Origin: Glaucostegus cemiculus
Taxonomy: Eukaryota
Assembly: GCA_976551045.1 (NCBI GenBank)
Contig: CDPCPM010000114.1
Location: 7,192,001-7,256,000 of the forward strand
Length of the DNA: 64,000 nt
Direction: 5' to 3'
The stretch's first letter is position 1. The number at the start of each line of letters is the position of its first letter. The notes beneath the pieces are model-generated. The model saw only the letters and a program-made list of their open reading frames with translations. It did no database searches and had not been told where the DNA came from. Of the stretch, positions 25,191-38,336 are shown in pieces. Made by a program: the position numbers and the translations under genes.

Positions 25191-27682
25191 GTAATTGTCT
25201 GTCTCTTTATTGCTTTATTTCTTGTAAAAAAAAGGAAGCATGATGGCTGGTTCATGCAAATATACTGAGTGGCCATTAAGGTTAATAACACCTTTTGGAT
25301 TTGACTGGAGAAATAATGAAGTGTCTTTGTCACTGAGGGCACCACGTTAACAGTACTTAATTGATCTATAGAGTTTATTTTGCTTAGTAACATTCTATAT
25401 GAAGGAATTATTACCCCTACTAAAACAGTGTCGTATTGCTAAGCTGAATGTATTGAGGCAGATGCTGGCAGCGGCTGCCCATGCTTGCCACTGCCTTCCA
25501 AAGCACATTTGTTTGCATCTCAGATGATCCTCTCAGGGAGAACTTGAGGGGAAAGCCACCCACCAATCCATCACAGGCAGTGTAGGGCCTTTCCACGTGT
25601 GTGGCACGGAAAACAATTCTTGCCAGCAAAAAAGGTGACAGTCAGCAAAACTTTGTCCCCTAGCTGCCCTGGAATAGGCAAAGTTGGAATATTTTGACCT
25701 TCAAGAACGTTCAAAAGCTATTAAAGTTCTTGCAAACACATTTAAAATCAAAAATGCTTAATGTTAAAACAGTAACAATAATCTATATTAACCAAAACGT
25801 GCCATTTCCCTCCACCTTGCCTTCATTGGAGGCATTCTCTTGGACATCAGCCTTGAGCAGGATCCCCAGCACGTGTGCTGGTGAATGTCAGCAACTTCCT
25901 CCTGCCATGCTGAACCCCACAATGACTCCTGTGCCACAGCGCAGTCTGCTGACTCGAGACGATCTGCTGACAGCAACCTCTGCTTATCCACGTCAACTCA
26001 AAAGTGGCTGTCAGTCAAACTTCAGTGCAATGCCAGTTTCATCTACATTTCTTTGCAAATTCCAGGACCGCTGTTCTTTTGAAATGAAACTCAGTCACAG
26101 TTTACTCATTAAGGCTTTGATAACATTTTCTCAAAGTAATGGGGTTTCTTGTTCCACTGAGAAAACAATGGGATTTTAATATTGGAAATTATGCTGCATT
26201 GGGAAAACTCTGGGATTTTCTAATGCCTGATGATGCTCTCACTGTTGCACATTTCAGAGCTCTGGGGACGTGCAGCATGAGTGTACCGTTTTAGGCTTTG
26301 CTAATGACGAGTTGCAATGCTTAATGTAGAATTGAGGGAAACTAATACATGAGCACGAGTGTGGAAACTAATACAGGAGTGTGGGATGTGTTTGCTAGCT
26401 CTTTCAAAGAATCAGTATGCTTCTGATGGGCCAGATGGCCTCTGGTGTTGATTGATGCTATGAACGCTGTCTTTGGGCAGTAATAACTTGTGCAAACTAA
26501 AGGGAAGTGCTGGTTGGAAGAACAGAAGAATGCCTGTTCCATTCAACTTGCTTGAACATACATAGTTTGACCTTTTTGAGTTTTTTTATTCAAATGTGTT
26601 GATACACAAATGAAACAGTAGATGATTCTTGGATGCGAAAGCTGATTGAAGAGACTAAAATTTTATTCAGAAATACATTATTATTTACAGCAATTTGATT
26701 CTGTCATCTCATGGCTTTGGGTTTGTCTGAAATACCTTCCTCGAGGGGTAGTGTGGGGGGGTGGGGGAACGTTAAAGTTGGTGACTTGTAACATTTTTTT
26801 TCATCCGAGAAACACCATATAAAAGCTGTTTTTTTTTCTCAGTGCTGCTTTAAAATGCACAAAATTGCACCATTTTAAATATAAATTGCAACTAACAATA
26901 GGTAGCAAGGTTTTACCCACAATGGTTCCAGCACTTAAAGGCTTTTTACTTCCTTAAAATCTCCATGCATTTAGTGGCCACTTCTCTCGTCTTTGTGTGG
27001 GGGGTAGGGTAGCAGACGGAGATCTCAACTAACTGAAGCCTCCAACTTGCCAGCTATTTGCAAGGGATAGCAACCTTTTTAAAATTTATGTCACCTTCAT
27101 TTTCCTTCTCCCCATAACAGTAATTTTTAATAGGTGTGTCACTCCAATTAATGCCAAGCTTTAATATGGCAGCAGCCCCTGTTCTCATTTATCACTTGAC
27201 TGGCAACTTGGGCAGGCAGTAAAAGCTGAACTGTATCATGGTCGGGATTGTAATGATACAGAAAAATGTTAGCACGATTGCTGCCTTAGTAATGTGACAG
27301 TTCTGGGTATATTACTGATTTATCACTTCACAGTAGCATTTTGAGGTGATTTGTCTTTAGGGAAAAAAAACACTGAAACATTTTAATATTTATAATATCA
27401 CTTGTCACTCTTGGAGATGTCTGCTTGTAAGAAATATAGAATGCCTTTAGCTTGAAGCCAGAGGCGAATTATGCTGCACTAATAAGTTGGTAATTTGTTT
27501 ATCACTCTTAATGGCATTAACAATGATATTAATGCTCTTCTTGGTTCCTATTTCAATAGTGCTAAGTACTTTGTAATTCTATTTAGTGTGGTTGGGACAT
27601 GACACCTGTTGACACTGGAGATTAACCCCTTCATCAGTTTCTGAATGATATGTCAATGTTCAATATTTTTGGGAGGTGCTGA

Positions 27683-27874
<192 letters not shown>

Positions 27875-29519
27875 TAATTTTTAATTAGGTTGCAGGTGCA
27901 TATAAGTATGTACTTGACCATGGTCATTATGATTTGCCTAATTTGCATGCTGTAAGTGTTGTGGCATGGTTTTTAGTGGCAAGTGACCATTTGATGCATA
28001 TTCGTGTAACGTTGACAGCCTTTGAAGTACTTGTGTTCCGATGCTGTGTTGGAAGGATTTTAGTCATTTACTTGAGCAAATTGTTGAATGAATACTGATC
28101 TCATGCATGTTCTTTGATAGCAACTCTATTAATAAAACAGCTACGTTAAATGAAAATTTTGTTTTTTTGATTCTAATGAGCTTAGGGTTGGGGTTCCGCC
28201 ATCTTTGTGATTCCTTCTTACCGTCTCCATCAGTCACAAAATAGAATTCCATCCACTGTTTCAACCCAGTCGAAAAAGTGCTAATGTTTTAAACCAGAAG
28301 GCATTCTCCTTCTGTCAGGTCCTTTTTGTGGATCATAAAGGTGCAGAGGTTGGTTGAGAGTGTGCAGCAGGAACTTGCAGCAGCTGAATAGGAAACATGT
28401 ACCCAGGTTTATGAACCCAAGCAGTTTGGTTTGATCCCCTGATTTGTCTAGCTCTACTTCAATTGAGTTTGTGTCAGCGGAGAGGCAATCTGATTAACGA
28501 CAAAGGAAAATGAGGCAGGTATAAGCTATTTGGCCTCTTGCACCCAGTATCTAATTCAGTAAGATCACAGCTGATCTATTTGCTTTCAGTTGATTCATTA
28601 ACAACATTCTTCTGATAGACTCTGCCTCTTCCTATCAGTTCACCAACCATAAGCACCAATGCTTCACAATTTATATTCTCATACTTTTTTTAACCTCAAA
28701 TAATGTAATTTTAAATACTCGTGTAGTAAAATTGCAACAATTTCTTCAGTTTATTTGTAGTTAGAAGCCATCATTTCTGAAATTAGTGATATTTAATATT
28801 TTGAAGTGAAGATCTCAGATTGGATGTGTAACTCTAACTACAACCTGTTCAATGGTTTAAAATGCTTCATTGCTCCATATTAAAGAAGCCATACAAAATC
28901 TATAGTTTTCTGTCTTTTGCTTCCATTGTTATTGTAAGGAATGATTGGAAAGATTCTGGTCTCAACTGTTCCTGTGCTTTGTTTCTGTGCATCTTCTACG
29001 TACTTTATTCCTGAAACCTTTTATTTTTAGCTCGACCATCTCATCCTTTCTAGCAGTAACTCTTCTGGAATCCAGTGCCAGTTCTCCACTTCATCTCTTC
29101 CCCACACCTTGTCCCATTACAATTATCCACTCTCCCTGCAACTGACAAGCACTAATGCCAGCAATGATTATCACCTGGGAATGAGTAGGATGTGAATCAG
29201 TAGCCCCTTGTAGTTGATGTTGTGAGAAGCATGAGGCATCAGACTTCTCTCTCCAAAATGTGCTACCTTTTTTGAATCAGGGAATGGCTCGTTATTTCCG
29301 ACATTGGCGTTGTTATGTCAGTTGAGAAATGAAGAGATGTGCTAATCAGTCTGTGTATTCTGCAGCATGGATGATAAAGGCGAGGGGCTGGTGGTCAAGA
29401 GGTGATGCCTTGTCCAGAATCTATAAAGAGTCATGATAGAATCAGTGGGAAAGAAAATGAGGTGTTAATTCAATGTAATAACATTGAAAAGAATCCATAT
29501 GCTATTCCTTCACCCTGAA

Positions 29520-29815
29520 CACTTCTGCGTCTGATCTAGAGTTGCACGTTCAAGTTAAACTTAAGGGACGCAAACCTGGATAGTACCAATGGAGTATTGC
29601 ATTTTTGGAGGTACTGTTTTATGGATGAGACGTTAGATGGAGGTTCAATCTACTCTCTTAAGTTAACACTCTCTGTAACTATTTCCAAGATTTGGAAATT
29701 TATCTCCAGTGTCCTGGCCAATGTTTATCCCTTGACAACACCATGAAAACAGTTTATCTTGTTATTTTCAAGTTGCTGTTTGTGGGAGTTGGCTGCACAC
29801 AATTTCCAGCTATGT
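29520..29815 (+). mobile_element. Deu-domain SINE (SacSINE1-like); another remnant at ~30190-30400 (-)
   Basis: ggatgagacgttaga...ccagtgtcctggccaatgtttatccct...ttgctgtttgtgggagttggctgcacac, typical of the Deu domain. Confidence 0.65.
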
Positions 29816-32800
29816 TTATGGTCTGTGTATTGATTTACATCGCTGCACCTTGCAGTCTACTTTGCTTTTGGCAGAACATTGCAAGATGAAATGTAATAAG
29901 GACAGATGCCTCAAAACTGATTTGGTTCGAAAAAGCATGCAAGACCTTGAATATGGTGCACTTGAATGAGAACAAATTTTTCACTAATTGTTTTTAATTA
30001 AATGTAGAGGAGGGCAGTGGGCTGATGCAGACGATTGAGGAGTAGTTAGATCAGCTTATGTATTTTTGATATGAACAAAATAGCTTGTTTCAGAAGCCAG
30101 CCCACAATCCCTGCCTCTCTTCAAACTTTACTGCCAGGTAAATGCGGTTTAAGCAATAACTTTCAACCAAGAAGCTGGTAGCGGATCCCCTGCTCTTTAT
30201 AGAAATAGTTCTATAGCACCTTTTATGTGCGCCTCAGGGAGGAGATGGTGTATTTGTCCTACGTCTCACATAGAAGTGACATTTCCTACAGTGCAGCTCT
30301 CACTTGGTACTACACTGAAGTCTTAGTCAGATCCTGTGATCAAATCTCTGGGGTGGGACAAACCCACAACCTTATGGTCAGGGGAAGAGGAGAGCAATAG
30401 CAATACCAATTAATTATTCAAAAATAATTTATTATTCACACTTATGCATTGCTCCATTCAAGTAGATCAATATAATAATATGAATCCGCTGACACCCTGT
30501 TTGCCATCAACAATATGAATTTCATTCTGACAAAATAATAATAAAGTATGTCATCTAAATAGATGCAGTAAAGAATAGATAGTTCCACTTGGGTTAAGTT
30601 ACATGGGGGAAAATGTGAGGTGTGTTCAGGGAAGACTTCAGTGTGGAAGAAAGAGTAGCAGAATGAACCTCATGAAGGTGGGTGAGGAGTTGGTGTGGGT
30701 AGGTTACTATGCTGTGTATGCAAGTATTTTTGGTGGCCTGAGACAGAACTGAGCAATTAAGACTTGCATTTAGAAGCACCTAGTGATCCAAGATCAAGGA
30801 GCAGGAGGGGGCCATTGTTGTGTTGGGTCTGTCATTCATTGTACATCACTGATACAACTGAGATCAAGGATGAACTTCTATATCAGCTCTACTTTCCATC
30901 TGATTGCCACATCCCTTAATTTCCTTCATAACCTAAAGGGAAGAGCCTCTCTGTATCAACCCTACATAGCACTCAGGGTAATTTATATTATTTCTGTATC
31001 CAGAGAATATAGGTCAATTTTATTCAATCTGTCCTCATAGAACAGCCTTATTATCCCAGAAATAATTCTAGTAAATGTTCTTTCGTAAGAAGATCAAGCT
31101 GTAGTGTTGTTTTGTCAGTCCCAGATGATTGCAGTGAGACTTCTTTATTCTTGTACTACAGTCCTCTTGAAGGAAAGGTTAATGTAGCCATTGCCTTCCT
31201 AATTTGTGGACCTGCACGTTATGTTTGTGATTTATCTGTAAATCCCTCTGGATCTCAAGATTTATTAGTCTCTCTCTTATCCTCGTGTCATGGAGAAGTA
31301 CTGCAAAGGGTACCCACTGAGTCCATTCTTACACTAATTTCAATTCATTCTCCTTGCTTGTGTTTTTTTTTAAATTCTGGTTTTCTGTTCTTCCTTCTTA
31401 AACATATAATTTTGCACTATGCCCTCTCTTCCATCTTCTTACTCGGTTATTTTGCAAAGAGATGCAGACCGGTTACATCCTCGCAGCTTACTTTCCCATC
31501 TGCTCTGCTGTGTATTGTCAGCCAACTTTAATGTGTCGTTGTTGTTCTCCTCACTTGAGTCATTGATCCAATTTGTAAATAACTGAGGCCCAAGCACCAG
31601 TTCTTACGGAGGTTCATTATACCCTGTTGTTTGTGGATATGTTATTTTAATGTTTTGCCATTTAAAGATGATCTTGTGTGTTCCTTGAAGGGACCCACCT
31701 TTTCTTTCACTTGTCTCTCTCTTTACACACACACAGAGTTGTTACAGTTTGTTTGTCACTATATAATGTAATGTTAAAAATTATAGCACATGTTTCAGAG
31801 AGACTGAATGGAGCCTAAATTGTAGTTTAAGGTTCCATGATTAAAAGCGTGGTTTTTCAGAGTATTTTAACTTCCATGTGAATTATGTGGCAATGCTTGC
31901 AGAGTCTTGACGACTCCTTGCTTTGCAATGCATGAAAGTCGAGTTTAACTCAGTGAGGAGTACTTGATATGGAATAAGTTTTGGGCAGCCACATTTTGAG
32001 AAAGTTGACATAGGATGGAAATTGGGAGATTTCTTTGAGTGATGCTACAGACCTCTGACCGAAAGCCAATGAGTATAAGGCCTATCTAATCAGGAAGTAC
32101 AAGGATGTAAATTAAGCGTCATCCAGAACATTGGTACTAGAGTTGAAAGCTTTTTAATTTTTTCCATATATGATTGGAATAAAATAACCTCATTATTTAC
32201 TAACTAGCAGAGATGAATGGCGGTGAAGGGGAAGCGTCAAAAGGAATTGATTAGTCACTGCTGGAGCACTGTGGCTGAGCATCACATTCCATGTCCTTCT
32301 GTCAGCAAGCCCTGTTGAAGTAATTGGAAGGTGACTGGGATAGGTCTTGGTTTTGCACTCAGCAGTGTTTACAAACACAACATACTGTGGTCTTTATGAT
32401 CTGGTAATATTTCCTTCCTATTTGAGAATCACCCAATTCTCAGGTAATGTTGGTCATGAAAGAACTTGTGAGAATTGAGTCGGATTATGTGAAGTACATT
32501 TGCCTGATGCAGTTTCTGTGGGTTGTGCTCTTGGTCTCCTTGATTTTTTCTCCTGATTGGGAATGTGGACTATGTGAGATACAAAGCAGAAACACTAGTT
32601 TATCATTCTGTTGTATTAAGCAGTGATCTGCTTAATACAGTACATGACTGACCATACAAAGCAGCTGCTTTATAATCCTTTCCGCATGTATTTTGAGATT
32701 TTCTTTCATCTTGGAAATTTGAGTATTGAATCATTTGGAGGAGCTTGGGAGGTCTCTCCATTTGATTGGATAAGAGCTAAGATTGCACTTGACTGACACA

Positions 32801-34189
32801 AATGCTTTTAGAGCTTGGATTAATGGATGAGAGAAATTTTTGATGTGGTAATGTTATTAGTTTTAAATGGATCTAATTTGATTATTTTGAGGTTGGTACT
32901 TGGACTCTATGTTCTGAGGTTCCACCAGGTGGCACCACACACTATAGAATCTTTAGCAAAGTTATGCCATTGTGTAACTCTGAGCTGTTCTGGGCATCAT
33001 CCCTATCTGCTTTCATAACCAGTCGAGCAGTCTGATTACTGTCTTAAAAATTGTCTTGAATTTAGCTGTAGCAAAGCTTTCAGCACTTCACTGGAATGCA
33101 CACTACACTTCATTTTTCAAGCACTTTTAGTTGTTGTTTTATTTATAGATTAGAAGCACTTCACTGACTATGATAAAACCTTGTTTAAAATTTCTTGCTT
33201 CATTATAGACTTGATGTTCATTATTGAGTAATTCCAATTCCACTAAAGTGCTCCAAAACTCTGGTTCTTTCAGTTTGTTGATAAGCATCTTTGATTTTTT
33301 TTTTCTCTCTTTCTAATTTTGTAATTCTCTGCTTTTGAAACGGGTGAAGAATGAATCAAAATCACATTGAATGATTTGGTTATATGTTTTTAGGTCTTGA
33401 ATGTTGTTCCATTTCACTTAATGAAAGTCTGATTTGTCTGTATTATTGAACCCTTGATGGTTGTTTGTGATGTGTTGGGCAGTTCCATTAAAGTCTTTGA
33501 CCTTTGAAGCATCTTGCCTACTGCTGGTGAATGTTACTCATTTTTCAAGAATGATATTAAGATGCAGGTGGAGGGGAAATGGGAAGAGGTTAAACATTCC
33601 ATCAGGATAGCAAAGTCGGAATTGTCAAAATGGGATTTAAACCTTTTTTTCAAAGTAAAGAATTTTCTGATCAGTGTGTACCATCATTGTAGGATAAATT
33701 TTCTTGATCTAAATGTTTGAGTCAATCCTAGATCTCTGGGATTATTTTATTTTAAAATCTTGGAGTTTGCAGAAAATTTTTTGATCAACCACTGACTGTG
33801 TGGAAGGAAATTCCATGTGTTGCATAGCTCGGTGGGCTGAAGGGCCTGTTTCCATGCTGGCTGACTCTCACTCCGTGACTACTGTGCGGGGGATGTTTTC
33901 TGCATTCACATGATGGGTGATTTTACATCTTCAAAGTTCTCGGCCATTTTGCTAAGTTATTCCATTGCAATGAAAGATCTGAGATTGGTTGTCTGTGAAC
34001 CAGTTGAATGAAATAGTTGCAAGTCATCTGAATTTTGCACACTCTTTGTATTGGAGCCTATTGCATTTTTCTAAGGTGATTGGCTTTAATTCAGATTTAA
34101 TTGGAAGGAAGCACAAATTATTGCATGTATATTCATTATTGTGATTTTGCTCTCCATGTTGCCCATTTCATGCTCTCCATATCATGCTC

Positions 34190-34530
34190 TCTCAGTTGCC
34201 CATTTTCATGGGGTTCTTCTCGACTAGTTCCTCTTTTTGTCTATCCATTCTGTCATAGCCCAAACCACTTCCACCCATGAGTCTTCTTTCCCAGAATACC
34301 CCAGGCCTCGGTAGGTCCCCTTCTCTCTCATCTATATGCCTTCCCTTGTTGATATAATGTACAGACACTTGTACACTGATAACTCTTGGTTCTACTTTTC
34401 CTTCATCTTTGCAGTTCACCTCTTCCCATGCTTTTGATCACATTTACTTATACTCCCTTGCCTCATTATCTATTTCTGTCTGCTTTGTGCCTCCTTGAAG
34501 TCCTTTGGTATGCTGTTGAGATTGTAAATG
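34190..34530 (+). mobile_element. Degenerate L2-clade LINE RT fragment
   Basis: ccccaggcctcggtaggtccccttctctctcatctatatg resembles PQGSVLGPLLFSIY. Confidence 0.5.
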
Positions 34531-37500
34531 CAGTACAATTCTAGAGTACAAGTCTAGAAATTGCTATCCGCATCAGACAGAAATCTAGGACATCAGATCT
34601 TAAATGGTTGGAAACTGTTGTTTCTTGTTAAAGGTTTTGGTGGTGGGGGAACTGTAAGTTATTAAATACTACTCACCTCAAAGCAGATTGCATTGAAAAA
34701 CAGTATGTGGTCTAATTGGGTTGAAATTACTATCTACTTCAGACAACTTTGTGAGGGTTGCATAGAAACTGGTAATGGAATCATCATACTACAATTGTGG
34801 AAAAATAATTTGTACAGACATTTAACTGCTGTAACAAGTGTAATTAATTTATCTTCAAGTCAGATTGTTTTATTGGAAATTGTTACAAAGCCTAAATAAC
34901 TAGGTGCACAGTAATTTTTCTTAACATGGCTCAGAGACATGAATTATAAGAATGTGTTTTTCTCCACTACTCTCAAGTTAGAAACAGTAATGTTCCTCAA
35001 TGACCATTTTTTCCTAATCTAATTTTTGTCCTTGTAATCAAACTATTCAAAAATGTACGAATGTGGAACAAATTATTTATTTTGGCGAACAGATTCTAAT
35101 ACCTAAGAAAATAAACCAATTCATTCTAGAGGGTTTTACAATTTCTCGATAAAACTTTAAAGGCTTAAAGTCAGAATAATTTTGACTTTGACAAATTTAG
35201 TTAAAATATCTACTCTCAACAGAATGTAGAAGCCAGCTGAAGATTTTTTTTTTTGTACTTGTGCAGTTTACCCTGTTCCCTTCTGTCATCATGTACATTA
35301 TTGACAATCAGTAACCTGTGTACAACTCGATGTGATCTGCAGATGCTCCCACCTTCTGAATTTCAGTGGGTGAACTTGAAAATTTCTTTTTACTGTAGTC
35401 ACACTGATAATGTTGCAGATGTTATCTTAAACTGTATGTGTGTTTGCTTACTCATTTACACACCACTCATATTTAAAACAATAATCAAATTTTACATTTC
35501 TCAGTCTTTTGCTATGTTTAAGTGTAGAAGATTTGACTTGATTATTCTAAAATTGAGTGGTTGTCCAGGGAGTTGTGCAAACAGTGCTTTTAAAATTCAG
35601 TTGCTTGACTGTTATCTGGTGGAATTGAACCTATCATTTCCAGGAAATTTCAGTTCTATGAAAGATTAACTGAGCCCACTGGCTGATTAGATCCAGGTTT
35701 CTGTAGTGGTGAAGCTTAAAGTATGTTCTGTTTTTGCTGGCAGAATTGTCATTTGATTGCAGGGACTAAAGTTGAAAGGTAGGAAAGCTGGAGAACGTGC
35801 TGTTGTTGCACTAATAAGATCAGCATGCATTTGTAAACTTGAACATAGCAAAATGTCCCAAGGTGTTTTGCAGCCCTCTCTAACAAAAGCCAAAAAAAGG
35901 AATGGTATTAGGATAGGTTTCAAAAGCTTAGTCAAAATATAGTGTCTTAAAATGATAGAAAGGCAGAAGGTTAGGGATAGAAGCCTAAAGTCCTGGGCAG
36001 CTGAAGGCACAGACACCAGTGGATGATTGAGGCTTAGAACATTATGATCTTGTCTGAATGTAGAAAGGGGAAATGCTATAGTTCCATGTGCTCTTATCTA
36101 CATAACTGAGACTCTGCCTTGATTATATTTAATACTGTGATGTTTGACAATTGAATTACTGTTGTGCATTTAAAATTATCTTGATATTAATCTGAGTTAC
36201 TTATCTATTTTTCAAAGGACTGGTAATTGGAAAAAGAGGACCAGTTTGAATTTTGCAGCTGTTTTAACTCCATTTCATTGCTGAATTTCACAGTTGGGTT
36301 TGCAAATTTTCCTCCTTGGTTTCAAATTTAGCTGTTCCTCTTGGCCGAAGGTCATGGTAAAAAGACTGTCATGCTATCACAGAATGGAATCCTGTCAGAG
36401 AAGAATAATGGTTATAAGGATCATTTGGCCGAGATTCTCAACATCGTTGGGTTATTTCTTTCCCGACCACAGTCATCCACACATTTCATGTTGACTGCTC
36501 ACATAACTCGTCCACAGATTCTTGCTAAACTCAACAAACACTGTTACCACTAGGACATGTTGAGCATGCAAGGCAGCAGATTATCGCAATTATCTGGTAT
36601 TGTTCAACACTTTACTCAACTTCAGCACTATTATGTTGACATACTTCAAAGCTGTACTTTTTGCACATCTGTTGTTCTATATAGTTATTAATAGTTATTT
36701 TTCTCTGAATTGCATTAGTCAGTAGCTCCCTGTAACAAGTGCAAATTAATTCTGTATGTTATACAATGGACAGCTGGAGTGTCAAGTGTCTAAGTTTATG
36801 AGAATAACTCGCCCTCATTTTCTGTCATTACCTGGGTATTGATGGTTTAATGTGAAGGAGAAAATGTATTCTAGGAAAGATGGATTTAGGATTCAGATAC
36901 TGCCCTTTATTAGCAATTACTGTTCTCATAACATAATTAGCTTTGGACATGTCTGTTATCTTGATGTTAATGTGCTACACCATGATGTAGTCAGTGACTG
37001 AGCATCAAGTGCTGTATGCCCTGTTTTTGCGTGATAAAATGTTCATAAAATCTAGTTGTGTAGCTTCATAATTTAATGGATCAAAAATATTGGTATTAAA
37101 TGGGAAGAGAATTTGGGAAAGCTGTATGTTTCCTTCAAAATTCTCCATTTATCTATCTAAAGGTATTTTGATGAAATGTGTCTTGACTATTTATGTTATA
37201 AACCATTTATTTTAAACCTCAGTAGAAAACCATTGTATTATGCATCTGGTTCCAGTGATTTCAAACTTTGGCCAATGTTCTTGTGCTTGTATTTGGCCCT
37301 CAAGAAAGTCTGTTGATCAAAACAAGTACAGCAATTTTAGACAGCCTCAGACCTATGTAAATTCACACAGTCGCTTTGATAACTATGAACAAAAAAGTAC
37401 TATTTTCCCTTCCTGCACCTTCCCTCCCTCATTTCTCTTCACTTTCAATGCACAATTTCCTAGATTTTGTTTTGCTACTCTGGTGAGATGAGTTGGTGCA

Positions 37501-38042
37501 GGATAACAGCAAGAATCTTTAAGTTGATCTGAATGTAGATTGTTCTGAACACAATACTGACCAGTGTATTTTCTTGCTTTTTCTGCTTCACTGTTGGTGC
37601 TTTGCACAATGTATTATTGCCATTAGGGTAATTGCCCGTTGAGGAGCTTCTACGCTTCTACCAGTTTTGGCTTTGAGCTGGCTGCCCACAGATGCATGGG
37701 TGGAATCTGAAATGTCTCATCCTTTAATTTGCTCTCTGAGCTAATCTCCTTGTCACTTGACACACCAATGTAAACAATGTGTCCTTGATCATGGAAGTGC
37801 TCTGTGAGTAAACCAGACATACCATATTAAATATCCACATTAAATTACCCATAAACTTGAAATTTATAAACTGAACTATTGATTGTAAAAGACAGAATAC
37901 ATTTGCACTTTGCATCATTCACTTAACTTGGGATACTCCAATACATTTTGGGGCTAACTTTTGAAGTACAGTCATTGTTGTTCTAATGCAAATTGGCTGA
38001 TATTTTGGTTGACTTCAAGGTTCCACAAACTGCAAATGGGCA

Positions 38043-38336
38043 GATAAGATAAGCTATCTTTATTAGTCACATGTACATCGAAACACAGAGTGAAATGCAT
38101 CTTTTATGTAGTGTTCTGGGGGCAGCCCACAAGTGTCACCACACTTCCGGCGCCAACCTAGCATGCCCATCACTTCCTAACCTGTACTTCTTTGGAATGC
38201 GGGAGGAAACCAGAGCACCCGGAGGGAACCCATGCAGACACAGGGAGAACGTACAAACTCCTTACGGACAGTGGCCGGAATTGAACTGGGTTGCTGGCGC
38301 TGTAAAGCGTTACGCCAACTACAATGTTACCGTGCC
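38043..38336 (-). mobile_element. Full-length V-SINE, tail type B, inserted in a Deu-SINE remnant (~37920-38620)
   Basis: Collinear with 8354-8651. Flanks carry Deu-like motifs (cttttgaagtacagtcattgttgt; gtttagtgtcctcttcaga). Confidence 0.85.

Noticed and set aside
25694-26179. 161-aa + strand ORF in a POLA1 intron
   Set aside because: No recognisable domain, non-ATG start, and the flanking POLA1 exons join in phase without it.
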